In this document: one piece after another, positions 25,375 through 39,445 of the stretch
Position numbering within the stretch: position 1 is the first letter of the stretch
Layout of the letters: the number at the start of each line of letters is the position of its first letter
Source of the DNA: Paraspadella gotoi
Taxonomy: Eukaryota; Animalia; Chaetognatha
NCBI GenBank assembly: GCA_051294375.1
Contig: CM119266.1
Span: 18,499,501 to 18,563,500, forward strand
Direction: 5' to 3'
Length of the DNA: 64,000 nucleotides
Made by a program: the position numbers and the translations under genes
Notes under the pieces: model-generated
Told to the model about the DNA's origin: nothing
Seen by the model: the letters and a program-made list of their open reading frames with translations, nothing else
Database searches by the model: none

Positions 25375-26634
25375 TTCTCTTTTTTCTTCTAATCTTTCAT
25401 TCACATCACGTGAAACCCATGACCTTGTGACCCTTCGTGCCTTCTACAATGAGCCTCACCCGTCACCGATTCACATCTCGCTCACGAGTAGAAGAGTGAA
25501 CGGCCTCTCATTGCTTTCACTCCTATCACACTCTCACAATTCACCAATTTACTCACAAAAGAGTCATCACAAAAATAGTTTGTTGCTCTTAGGTCAAAAT
25601 TATTTTCTGTCGTCGCCGGCGGTGAGCGATTCAGGTTTTTCACAAGATGAAAACAAAGTTCACAAATTCACATTAAATTAACCCGAGCGGAAACTAATCA
25701 TTCTGCTCGACCGACCAGACGACGCGCAGATCGACGGACAGACCGACCGACCGACTCTTGCCGACAAAGTCGGCTAAATTAAAGGCAGGTAAGCTCACAC
25801 GGTGGTGAGAGCTCTTGTTACGCCGGTCAGTCAACGCCATTCAAGCCACGCCATTAGCTACGTCACCAGTTCAATCTTCCGTCACCTGTCGGTTGTCACG
25901 TCAACTGTCAGTTGCACTGACGTCGCCTTGGACCGTCGCCGCCAACCACGACAACGCCTGTCAGGTCAAGATTACCGCTCGGGCGATCGCCACTTACTTC
26001 AAGCGACAGCCGCCACCCGCGGCGCGACGACGAACTAATCAAGTCGAAATCCAAACAAAGTGAACAAATTGCGAATTCGAATTTTTTGAGACAGGCGGAA
26101 CGAAAACAAAAAATTGCCACTATTTTTTCGAAAGCGGCCAATTCTGTTTCTAATTCTTCTAACTGGAGTTTTAAACCAAATTTTTAAAACCCTAATCTTT
26201 TTCGATAGAAATCCTTTCAAACCCTAATCCATTATCCCATAACTTTAATCTTTACACAAATGTCTTACCAAATTCTTTAACGTAAATATAACGGTAAATT
26301 TAAATAGTTTTTATCTACGTTCTTTCTCGTCACTCTCTCAATTCTTAATTTAAGCCGAAATGAAGCGCGCCTTAGGAATAGATGGCCAAAAACAAACATT
26401 AAAACTCGTTCATGTCCTTAAATAAAGTAAAATCTTCTACAGTGATACAAGATTTGCAAATGACGATTTTTTAACTACGGGCTTGTAATATATGTATGTA
26501 ATTTAATTAAACGAAGATTAAGATAATTTTTTTTAAGCTGTGAAATTACACAAATAAGAAAAATATCCTTCTCTTTCTGTCTCTCTGTGTCTTTTTGTTT
26601 GTCAAATCTGTTCTGTCGTCTCTGTCTGTCTTCT

Positions 26635-26674
<40 letters not shown>

Positions 26675-29600
26675 AGAGAGAGAAAAGAGAGAGATTTATT
26701 CTCGGGATCTGGTTCTTGAAATCGCGCCAAAAGTGTCTCTCTCTCTCTCTCTCTCTCTCCTCTTTCTCTCCCTCTCTTCTGTTTCCATTACACGCATGGC
26801 TCTCACTTTACAAAGCACGCGTGTTTCCAGATTAAACCCAGAATTAACGAGTGCCAACTTATTAAAATACTACATCTGCTAAGGAACGCTCAAAAAAAAA
26901 AAGGTAAAAAAAGACCGTAATTATAAAATTTAGAGTTTTAATTTATTTCCGGAGCGAACGACGACCTGCAAGCGACGACGAACGAAGACGACGACGGAGA
27001 CGACGACGACGCTACAACTACGACTATGAACGGACGACAAAAGACGAACGACGACGAAGACGAGAAAAGTCGTAAAAAAAGAGGAATGAAAGAGAAACAG
27101 TGAAACCGGTTTAAATCGAAATTGAGAATCGCGATTCGAGTTGAATCGTCGCTGACTTTACTGTTCGTTCGTCTCTTTTACTCACGTTGTTTCTTTTAGT
27201 TTCTCGTTGTTTCATTTGTTGTTCTTCACCCTTTTTGTTGTTTTCTTTTTTTCAAGCTTCTCCTCATTTTGTGATTTATTATTGTTGTTCTTCATCGTTT
27301 TGATTTTTATTATATTGTTTCATCGAATTGTTGGTTCTTCAATCTTCATGTGCTCTTCGTTTTCCGATGTTCCTAATGTTGTTATTTATAATTTGTCCAT
27401 GTTTTTCTTTTTTTTTTTTTCATACTAGTTTTTATGTCTCAAGTTGTAATTTTTTTTATTTGCTCTTTTTTGTTCTTTGTAATTTTAGATTTTTCGAGTT
27501 TTTTATGTCGTTGTTGTTGTTGTGGTTGTTGTCGTTGTCGATTTTTTCCCGTTTTCCGACCTTTGCTCGTTTTTTGTCGTCGTCGTCGTCGTCCGTTCGT
27601 CTTTCGTCGTCGATTTTTAACGTTTTCGTCTTTTAGAAATTTTGTTTGCTCTTTTAATTGTAGTTACGTTGTAAACGCTGCAGTCTCTCTCTCGTCGGTG
27701 CGTACGTCTGTCGTAACGTCGTCGGCCGTCCATTGTCATCGTCTTCCCTATTCGACCATAAAAAACCCGAATGATATGTCTTTTAAACGTAAACTTAATT
27801 TAACGAATACAAGGAATTACTTCGTTTGGGGCGGAAATTATTTTTTTTGGGGAAAGAAAAGGGAAACGTTTTGATGTCCTTTTTTAATTTTTTATATTCT
27901 AATTAAATGCAACAAAAAAAAAAGTGGACGCGCGCAATATGTTCAAACGTCTTCTTAAAACTTTTTTTTTATTGATCTATTCCGCTAATTGTGTTAATGG
28001 TGACTCCGCTTTTACTGGAAAGGGATTGGAGAAATGATCGGACGGAAAATGAGAAAATGACGCATTGACAAAGATCGGGCAACGATTAGCCTGGGTCGAG
28101 GAGAATGGAATCGAGGTTGTGAATACCTATTCTAAAAACTTGAGACGCTCATTTTAATTTTAATTTTTCCCATGTAGTATCATTTTTCTCCGTTTAGGAT
28201 TGGTCTAGATTTAACAAAATGTTTGACGATAACGTAATAAATGTTACAGTCTGTACGCCGCATCTTTTTAAATGTTTTAAATTACTCCGATGCGTCATTA
28301 TCTCCCGATAACTCCTTTTTTCCATTTTTTTTGCCAAGATATTTCTTATTTCTTCATCTTGACGTTAAAAAAAATCTCTCTAGTCTCTCCTTTTCTCCGC
28401 AGAGTGAGAGAGAGAGAAGAGCTAGAGAGAGAGACGATTGCAAGACATCGAATGAAAAGGGAAGAGGGAGAGAAAGGGAGGAGCTAGAGAGAGAGACGAA
28501 TGAAAAGGGAGAGAGCGCAAGAGAGAGAGGGATATGGTGACCTTTGCTGATTTGAGTTCTGACCCATAGAAGTTTGGAACGAATAAGATTGAATTAGTTT
28601 GCTTTGATTACAAATAAACATCTGTTTAATTTATCTGTAAATTTACAGATGGTGATGGGACGGTGCGGCGCGGAATCGTTTACACATTGACTCTGGATCG
28701 AAGCCTCGCCGTAAAAAAAAAAATCTGTGAATTCACTCCTGAAAAAAAATTTCCCTTGGAAGTCATCCGTTAAAAAATTCTACTGGTGAAATATCTGCTG
28801 AAAAAAGCCGTCACAAAAGAATTCCATGTCGTCTGGTAAGAGAAAATAAAAATAGTCGTCGTCTTCGCTATGGAATATAAATAAGGATTAATTGACTTCA
28901 TTTAAAAACGATTATAATAAATAATTTAAAATGCCAAAACCCGAAAAACTGGTCATCCGGCGGGTGACATCCAAACGGAAACTCAACCCGCTCATAAAAA
29001 AGTAAGTTTATCTTTTTCCTTTGTGAACGCACGTCGTTTTCAGATCTGACAGAGTTCACGAGTGACATAAATATCCCACAGTTGGTGGAAATGACCTTCT
29101 GAGGATCTGCAATGCTACCGCTGCACCAATGATCACTGATGCATTGACATCGCGTCCACCAATGACCCTATCGTTCTTTACCAATTCGCGTCATTCGTAA
29201 AAAAGAATTTGGTCTTTTTTCCAAATGTGAAGAGAAGGAATTTTTTGAGTCTAGAGTCAGATCGCCCGGCCAAAAGGGAACTCTGAGGAATTAAGTAAAT
29301 TTTTAATTGTAATGTATTATTGATGAAAAGCTTCCAACTGATTATCGTCCGTCGTCTATAAACCTTATTAAACGATCAACTAGAATCGGAGACAATAGAT
29401 TAAAAAAACCTAAACGCTTTTTTTTTCCTCTCTGAGAAAAGTTTTTTTTATCTGTCAGAATAATGTAAACGGGAAATCTTTAATAAGATTATATTTAATG
29501 ATTCGTCGTTGTTGTCGTCATCGTCTTCATTGTCGTCGTCTCCTTTTTAAAAACGAAAGAAAGTGTTTTTCTCGATTGATTTCGAAAATCATCTGTCATC

Positions 29601-30020
29601 ATCATCATCATCATAATCAAAATCATCATCATCATAAAGAATAAGTTTTTCTCTCTCTCTTTCTCTTCCAAAATTAAAAAAAAAAAGCTAGTAAACGATA
29701 GTGACCGGACGAAAGACCGGCCAGTCAATTCGGTGACCTCGGAAATATGTAAAAGAGAGAAATAGAGAGAGAGAGAGAGGCGAGGCATCATAAAAGAGAG
29801 AAAGAAGTACAAAGATTCTGTCTTCCATTCCTCGTTATATCTAACAATTTTTCAGCCATATTGGTTTAAAGTTCCGCATTTCAGTTAATTAATTAAGTTT
29901 TTCGATTTAAAGATTAGGTAGTGGTTATGGTTATGTTAGGCGATAGGTTTAAGAATTGGGTTAGTGACTCGGTCAGTATTAGGGATAGAGATTAANNNNN
30001 NNNNNNNNNNNNNNNNNNNN

Positions 30021-31089
30021 TCTCTCTCTACTAAACTTCGTTTTCCGTCTGTTTTGTGTCACCGTGCTCTTGTAGTAAATTGGCCGAGTGAGACTTCTGA
30101 TGGAACCACAGATGGAGGCGAAGATGAACCACGGATAAAGTGGAACTGCAGATAGAACCGCTAATAGAACCACGGATTATACCATAAATAAACCACATAT
30201 GAAACCACAAATAAACCACTCATGAAAACACCGATAGAACCACAGATTGAACCGAAAATAAACTACAGATGGAACCCCAAATAGAAGGACTAATAAAAAG
30301 CTTCGTTGGGCCACAGAAATGTGAGGAGGAATCCCTTCACAACCAAATTGAAATGTGAGATCTGCCGTTCCTCTCNNNNNNNNNNNNNNNNNNNNNNNNN
30401 NNNNNNNNNNNNNNNNNNNNNNNNNNNNNNNNNNNNNNNNNNNNNNNNNNNNNNNNNNNNNNNNNNNNNNNNNNNNNNNNNNNNNNNNNNNNNNNNNNNN
30501 NNNNNNNNNNNNNNNNNNNNNNNNNNNNNNNNNNNNCTCCTCCTCCTCCTCCTCCTCCTCCCTTTCCTCCTTTATTTCTTTTCTTTCTTCCTCCTCTTCC
30601 TCCCTAGCCTACCTCTTCTCCTTTCCTCCTTCTATTTTCCCTTCCTCTTTTTCTCTAGAACTTACTTCCTTTTTTCCTCCCTTCCTCCTTTTTTTTCTCT
30701 CTTATTTCATTCTTTTCTCCCTATTTCTTTCCTCCCTCTTCTACTTCCTCCCTTCCTTCCTTTTCCCTCTCTGCCTCCCTCCTTCTCTATTCGTCCCACT
30801 TCTCGTCAAGACGGTAAAAGGAATCGATTATATTGACGTTCGCGTCGNNNNNNNNNNCGTCTTCGTCGTCCTGGTTGTTGTTGTCGTCATCGTCATCGTT
30901 GTCGTGGTCGTCGACGAAATCTGCTCGTGCAGCCTCAAAAGCTGTCCTATTCGTGGTCGTCGTCGTCGTCGTCGTGGTCCTCATTTGGATTTTCGGTGTT
31001 TGACTTTTCCCCGAATGTGATTCTTTGATGTCGAATGAATTCTTCACTTTATTTTCTTTGTCCCTAATATCTTTAACATCATCATCATT

Positions 31090-31150
<61 letters not shown>

Positions 31151-32973
31151 ACATCATCATCATCATCATCATCGTCATCCTCATCGTCATCATAATCATT
31201 GTCGTCGTCGTCATCGTCCGCTTGGTTGCCGTCTTCGTCAACAACAACCAAAAAGCAACCAAAACCACAACAACAAGAACAAGAACAACAACAACAACGT
31301 CTTCAATAGACCGCATTCACTCGCGATACTTAACGTCTGAACCGCCACGTGTCACGTGTCACGTGTCGCGTGTCACGTCCCTCTAATTTCGCCGCCCAAA
31401 ATTCCAACGCATGACCAAATTCGATTCCATTCAGGATTGCAAATCATTTCTCTTTTGTATTTTCTTTTCTTTTTATCTTTTTCTNNNNNNNNNNNNNNNN
31501 NNNNNNNNNNNNNNNNNNNNNNNNNNNNNNNNNNNNNNNNNNNNNNNNNNNNNNNNNNNNNNNNNNNNNNNNNNNNNNNNNNNNNNNNNNNNNNNNNNNN
31601 NNNNNNNNNNNNNNNNNNNNNNNNNNNNNNNNNNNNNNNNNNNNNNNNNNNNNNNNNNNNNNNNNNNNNNNNNNNNNNNNNNNNNNNNNNNNNNNNNNNN
31701 NNNNNNNNNNNNNNNNNNNNNNNNNNCTCTCTCCTCAAATCTTCATTCACATCACGTGAACCCATGACCTTGTGACCCTTCGTGCCTTCTACAATGAGCC
31801 TCACCCGTCACCGATTCACACTCTCGCTCACAGAGAGAAGAGTGAACGGCCTCTCATTGCTTTCACTCCTATCACACTCTCACAATCACAATTTACTCAC
31901 AAAAGTCATCACAAAAAATAGTTTGTTGCTCTTAGGTCAAATTATTTTCTGTCGTCGCCGGCGGTGAGCGATTCAGGTTTTCACAAGATGAAAACAAAGT
32001 TTCACAAATTCACATTAAATTAATCCCGAGGCGGAACTAATCAGTTCGCTCGACCGACAGACCGACCGACAGATCGACCGACAGACCGACCGACCGACTC
32101 TTGCCCGACAAAGTCGGCTAATTAAAGGCAGAGTAAGCTCACACGGTGGTGAGAGCTCTTGTTACGCCGGTCAGTCAACGCCATCAGCCACGCCCATTAG
32201 CTACGTCACCAGTTCAATCTTCCGTCACCTGTCGGTTGTCACGTCAACTGTCAGTTGCACCTGACGTCGCCTGACGTCGCCTGCCAACCCACGACAACGC
32301 CTGTCAGGTCAAGATTACCGCTCGGGCGATCGCCACTTACTTCAAGCGACAGCGCCACCCGCGGCGCGACGACGAACTAATCAAGTCGAAATCCAAACAA
32401 GTGAACAAATTGACGAATTCGAATTTTTTGAGACAGCGGAACGAAAACAATAAAAATTGCGACTATTTTTCGAAAGCGGCCAATTTCTGTTTCTAATTCT
32501 TCAACTGGATTTTAAACCAAATTTTTAAACCTAATCTTTTTCGATAGAAATCCTTTCAAAACCCTAATCCATTATCCCTAACTTTAATCTTTACCAAATG
32601 TCTTACCAAATTCTTAACGTAAAATATAACCGTAAATTTAAACTAGTTTTTATCTACGTTCTTTCTCGTCACTCTTCTCAATTCTTAATTTAAGTCCGAA
32701 ATGAGGCGCCTTAGGAATAGATGGCCAAAAACAAATATTAAAACTCGTTCATGTCCTAAATAAAGTAAAATCTTCTACAAGTGATACAAGTTTGCAAATG
32801 ACGATTTTTTAACTACGGGCTCTCGTAATATATGTATGTAATTTAATTAAACGAAGATTAAGATAATTTTTTTAAGCTGTGAAATTACACAAATAAGAAA
32901 AATATCCTTCTCTTTCTGTCTCTCTGTGTCTTTTTGTTTGTCAATCTGTCTGTCTGTCTCTGTCTGTCTCTCT

Positions 32974-33025
<52 letters not shown>

Positions 33026-33892
33026 AGAGAGATTTATTCTCGGGGATCTGGTTCTTGAAATCGCGCCAAAAGTGTCTCTCTCTCTCTCTCTCTGTTTCCA
33101 TTACACGCTGGCTCTCAACTTTACAAAGCACGCGTGTTTCCAAGATTAAACCAGAATTAACGAGTGCCAACTTATTTTAAAATACTACATCTGCTAGTGA
33201 ACGCTCAAAAAAAAAGGTAAAAAAAGACCGTAATTATAAAAATTTAGAGTTTTAATTTTTTTCCGGAGCCGAACGACGACCTGCAAGCGACGACGAACGA
33301 AGACGACGACGACGACGACGACTACAACTACGACTATGAACGGACGACAAAAGACGAACGACGACGAAGACGAGAAAAGTCGTAAAAAAAGGGAATGAAA
33401 GAGAAACAGTGAAACCGGTTTAAATCGAAATTGAGAATCGCGATTCGAGTTGAATCGTCGCTGACTTTACTGTTCGTTCGTCTCTTTTACTCACGTTGTC
33501 TTTTTAGTTTCTCGTTGTTTCATTTGTTGTTCTTCACCCTTTTTTTGTTGTTCTTTTTTTCAGCTTCTCCTCATTTTTGTGATTATTATGTTGTTCTTAT
33601 CGTTTTGTTTTTATTTATATTGTTTTCATCGAAATTGTGGTTCTCAATCTCATGTTGTTCTCTTCGTTTTCCGATGTTCCTATGTTGTTATTTATAATTT
33701 GTCCATGTTTTTTTTCTTTTTTTTTTTTTCATACTTAGTTTTTATGTCTCAAGTTGTAATTTTATTTTATTTTGCTCTTTTTTGCTTCTTTGTAATTTTA
33801 CGATTTTTCGGTTTTTTATCGTTCGTTGTTGTTGTTGTGGTTGTTGTCGTTGTCGATTTTTTTTCCCGTTTTCCGAACCTTTGCTCGTTTTT

Positions 33893-33923
<31 letters not shown>

Positions 33924-36289
33924 TCGTCGTCGATTTTTAACTTTTTCGTCTTTGAAATTTTGTTGCTCTTTTAATTGTAGTTCACGTTGTAAACGCTGCA
34001 GTCTTCCTCGTCGTCGTCGTCGTCGTCGTCGTCGGTGTGTCTGTCATTGTCATCGTCTTCCCTATTCGACATAAAAAACCGAATGATATGTCTTTTAAAC
34101 GTCAAACTTAATTTAACGAAAACAAGGAATTTACTTCGTTTGGGGCGGAAATTATTTTTTTGGGGGAAAAAAGGGAACGTTTGATGTCCTTTTTTAATTT
34201 TTTTATTCTAATTAAATGGCAACAAAAAAAAAGTGGACGCGCGCAAATGTCAAACGTTCTCTTAAAACTTTTTTTATTATCTATTCCGCTAATTGTGTAA
34301 TGGTGACTCCGCTTTACTGAAAGGGATTGGGAGAAATGATCGGACGGAAAATGAGAAAATGATCGCATTGACAAGATCGGGCAACGATTGCTGGGTCGAG
34401 GAGAATGGAATGCGAGGTTGAATACTATTCTAAAAACTTGAGACGCTCATTTTAATTTTAATTTTTCGCATGTAGTATCATTTTTTCTCCGTTTAGGATT
34501 GGTCTAGATTTAACAAAATGTTTGACGATAACGTAATAAATGTTACAGTCTGTACGCCGCATCTTTTTAAATGTTTAAATTACTCCGATGCGTCATTATC
34601 TCCGATAACTCCTTTTTTCCATTTTTTTCACTTGATATTTTCAAAAAAAAAAATTCTCTATCTCTCCTTTTCTCCGCAGAGTGAGAGAGAGAGCTGAGAG
34701 AGAGACGATTGCAAGACATCGAATGAAAAGGGAGAGAGGGAGAGAAAGGGAGAGAGCTAGAGAGAGAGACGAATGAAAAGGGAGAGAGGCGAGAGAGAGG
34801 GATATGGTGACCTTGCTGATTGTGAGTTCTGACCCATAGAAGTTTGGAACGAATAAGATTGAATTAGTTTGACTTTGATTACAAATAAACATCTGTTTAA
34901 TTATCTGTAAATTTACAGATGGTGATGGTGACGGTCGGCGCGGAATCGTCTACACATTGACTCGGGATCGAAGCCTCGCCGTAAAAAAAAACATCTGTGA
35001 AATTCACTCCTGAAAAAAATTTCCCTTGGAAAGTCATCCGTAAAAAATCTACTGTGAAATATCTGCTGAAAAAAGCGTCACAAAGAATTCCATGGTCTCT
35101 GGTGAAGAGAAAATAAAAATTAGTCGTCGTCTTCGCTAATGGAATTATAAATAAGGATTAATTGACTCATTAAACGATTATAATAAAATAAATTTAAAAT
35201 AAGCAAAAACCGAAAAACTGGGTCATCGGCGGTGACATCCAAGACGGAAACTCACCCGCATAAAAAAGTAAGTTATCTTTTTTCCTTTGTGAACGCAAGT
35301 CGTTTTCAGATCTGACGAGTTCACGAGTGACCAATTAAATATCCCACAAGTTGGGTGGAAATGACCTCTGAGGATCTGCAATGCTACCGTGCACCAATGA
35401 TCACTGATGCATGACATCGCCGTCCACCAATGACCCTATCGTTCTTTACCAATTTCGGCGTCATTCTTAAAAAAGAATTTGGTCTTTTTTCCATGAATGT
35501 GAAGAGAAGGAATTTTTTGAGCTAGAGTCAGATCGCCCCGGCCAAAAGGGAACTCTGAGGAATTAAGTACAATTTTTAATTGTATGTATTATTGATGAAA
35601 AGCCTTCCAACTGATTATCGTCTCGTTCGTCTATAAAAACCTTAATTAAACGATTCAACTAGAATCGGAGACAATAGATCTAAAAAACCTATAACAGCTT
35701 TTTTTTTCTCTCTGAAGGAAAAGTTTTTTTATCTGTCAAGAATAATGTAAACGGAAATTCTTAATAGATGATTATATTTAATGATCGGTCGTTGTTGTCG
35801 TCATCGTCTCATTGCGTCGTCTCCTTTTTAAAAACGAAAGAAAGTGTTTTTCTCGATTGATTTCGAAAATCATCTTGTCATCTCATCATCATCATCCATC
35901 AATTACATCATCAATCATCATCGATCACTAAAGATAAGTTTTTCTCTCTCTCTTTTCTCTTCCAAAATTAAGAAGAGAAAAGTAGAAAGATAGTGACCGG
36001 ACGGAAAGGACCGGCCAGTTCAAATTTCGGTAGCCTCGGAAATATGTAAAAGAGAGAAATAGAGAGAGAGAAGAGGCGAAGAGCATCATGAAGATATACA
36101 GAAAGTACAAAGATTCTGTCTTCGCATTCCTCGTTATATCTAACAATATTTCAGCCATATTTGTTTAAAGTTCACGCATTTCAGTTAGTTAATTAAGTTT
36201 TCGATTTAAAGATTAGTATGTTATGGTTATGTAGGTGATAGGTTTAAGAATTGGGTTAGTGACTCGCGTCAGTATTGGATAGAGATTAA
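30021..36289. repeat. Partial copy 2 of the block (equivalent to ~23627-29995)
   Basis: Collinear; bounded by 25-N gaps; ends at the same base (GATAGAGATTAA) as copy 1; several low-complexity tracts are replaced by N runs. Confidence 0.95.
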
Positions 36290-36314
36290 NNNNNNNNNNN
36301 NNNNNNNNNNNNNN

Positions 36315-36623
36315 TTTAAACTAGTTTTTTATCTACGTTCTTTCTCGTCACTCTTCTCTCAATTCTTAATTTAAGTCGAAATGAGGCGCCTTAGGAATAG
36401 ATGGCCAAAAACAAATATTAAAACTCGTTNNNNNNNNNNTCTTTCTCGTCACTCTCTCAATTCTGAATTTAAGCCGAAATGAGGCGCCTTAGGAATAGAT
36501 GGCCAAAAACAAACATTAAAACTCGTTCATGTCCTAAATAAAGTAAAATCTTCTACAAGGTGATACAAGTTTGCAAATGACGATTTTTTTAACTACGGGC
36601 TCTCGTAATATATGTATGTAATT
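36315..36623. repeat. Two short overlapping extra copies of the ~26300-26505 segment, separated by a 10-N gap
   Basis: CTTAGGAATAGATGGCCAAAAACAAA appears twice here and once in each larger copy. Confidence 0.9.
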
Positions 36624-39413
36624 GAAAACATTGAACAAAGTAAGTTTTTTGAAGAATGTATCGTTCAAACGAATCTTTTAAAGATTAAATTCATGAAATG
36701 AAAATGATGAATTTACTAATCGTCGTAAAATTAAGACGCAAAATATATTATCGGGGAAAAAGTTGTAAAATCTATTGTGATCACTGATCAACTCATCAAC
36801 TGATCAACTCATCAACTGATCAACTCATCAACTGATCAACTCATCAACTGATCAACTCATCAACTGATCAACTGATCAAACTGATCAACTGATCAACTCA
36901 TCAACTGATCAACTGATCAACTGATCAACTGATATCTGATCAACTCAACAACTCATCAAGCTGATCAACTCATCAACTGATCAAACTGATCAACTCATCA
37001 ACTGATCAACTCATCAACTGATCAACTGATCAACTCATCAACTCATCAACTGATCAACTCATCACTCAACAACTCATCAACTCATCAACTCATCAACTCA
37101 TCAACCTCGTTTTGAATCCAATTGACCGATAGAACGACTAAAAAAATGAAACAAAAGTGACCTTATATGAAATTGGTACAACCAATATAAAATTATCCAT
37201 TAATTTAATAATAAGCTTATTTGACCCTGACTTTGGACAGGCTTGTGCTGGTTTAAGGCCTCCATCACTACAGAATAATGACATAGCAGGTCCCTGCAAG
37301 GTTTCAAATCAAGAGACTCTCTATAACAGTCTCGGTTTATTCAGCTCCCAGAGTACCCTCAGGCTTCCCTATCAATGAAGTGGTATAATTTTATGTGTTA
37401 CAAAGAATGTTTCCAATTGTATGAAAAGATATTTTAGAATAAGTTGATTTTTCTTGTTTTTTTCCCTCGAACATGAATCGATGGCTTTGGAGTGAACAAG
37501 ACGCTCGTTAATGTGGCCATGCGAGATCCGTTTTGCTGAGTTAAAATGACCCGTTTCTCAGAAGCCAAAACATAAAGTAAACTATTTTAATTTTAAGAAT
37601 AAATAAAATTCTTTGAGCGAATTATTTCTCTGAGTGTGGGGTGGGCGAGTGGCGAGGGAGAGAGAGAGAAATAAAAATGGATCGAATTAAGGTATTTTAA
37701 ATTTATTTGGGTCAAAAAGGCCTTCATTTCTTTTTATTATTTTTTATGGTCAATTTTTTTTTAATAGGATTGAAAAAAACGAAAGTTTTTTGATCCGGCG
37801 ACTTTTCCTCGGAGTCGCTCTCAATTTTATTTAATATTATTCAATCTTCGCTTCTTAATGTATTCCTTTTTAAATATTTTAAATATTCATATAAATCCAT
37901 TGTAAATTATTTTGGAATCTCCGTTTAAATATTTTTTACGTAATTTATTGAGGTGAGTTTTTATTTTAGAGTGTAACGGCAGTCTAATCTAAGTTTAATT
38001 AGAAAAGGTAAAACTTGAAATATTTTTTAGATTATCCGAATTAAAAATATTTATAAATATATAGTGTATGATATAAAAAAATGATGGAATTTTTTTCTTT
38101 ACAGGGAAAGTCGCTTCAACTTAAACGCGACTAAAACGCGGAAATATTTAAATCGACGGAAATAGATTATTTAATAATTAATTAAATAATTAATTAATTA
38201 ATCGGCCTGTGATTATATATTCTACGAATCAGGTAAGTTGATTTCAATCTTTTTTCTTCACTCAAATAATAATAAAAAAAAAAAACCCAATCAAATGTTC
38301 CTTTGTTTTATGGTGATTTCTCGTGTTTTCTCGGCGCTAATTTTATTGTGACGTTTTAACGCTAGCCAATCTATAAAAATTGAGTCTTTCTCTAGCCCTT
38401 TCGGCCTTGTTTTTTAAAAGTGACTCATTTCATTTTAAATTTTAAATAATATTAATTTTAGATCAAGCATTATGGTTTAAGATTGGGGTTAAGAACTAGG
38501 GTTTAGGGTTAGAGATTAGGATTAAAATTAAAGTTCAGAATTAATAAACAGAAATAGAGCGCGTTTTAGAAAAGAGAGCCTATTTCATTACTTTTCCCCT
38601 ACGGAAGTAAAAAAAACTCGTAGCAAAATCGTTGAAAAGTCTGAAAGACTGAGATTCGATCTTGGGTTCAAAAGGTCAAACCGAGAATTGGATCCGAAAT
38701 TTTCAAATCTCGACAGAAGTTACATTTTTTGGACGGATTTATATCAGGGAATCGAAAGGATAACAACAACAACGAAAACAACAACGGTAAGATAACCTTA
38801 CCGTATTCACTCTGTTTCTCCTTAAGTCTTAACTCAACGATTTAAAATATTTAAAAGATTTAAAGGTTTAACCAGTCTCGTCAAAATAAAAATTTACGGC
38901 GAATTTTTAATTTTCCCTCGAATTAAAAAGAGAAAATTATATCGAAGACTTAATAACTTGAGTCTTCGCTCGTGTTACCGAATTTTTTTATCTCAAATTG
39001 GAAGACGAAAAAACGATTATTTTCGTCAATTTTTAAAAAAAATGCGGCAATCAAGACCGGTGGAAAAATTGGACCAATGAGGAGAAGAGAAAAATACACA
39101 AACATTAGTTTTTCTCTCCTACAAATTTTCTGAGGTTTATTTTATTTTAAAGGTTCTAATTTAAGCTTCTTAGGTTTCCCTTTCTCTCTTAATTTTTTTA
39201 CTTTATTCTCATTTTTTTCTTCACGTTTTTCCTCCTCTTCTTCTTCTTATTTTCTTGTTCTTATTCTTCTCTCTTTCTACCTCCTCTTTCCCCTCTGGGG
39301 AATAAGTAAAACAAATTCCTTGTATCTTTTTTTATCCTATTTCATGTATATTTCTCTTTTTTCTTTCTTCTTTCTTTTCTTTCTTTCTTCTTTCTTTCTT
39401 TCTCTTTCTTTCT

Positions 39414-39445
<32 letters not shown>

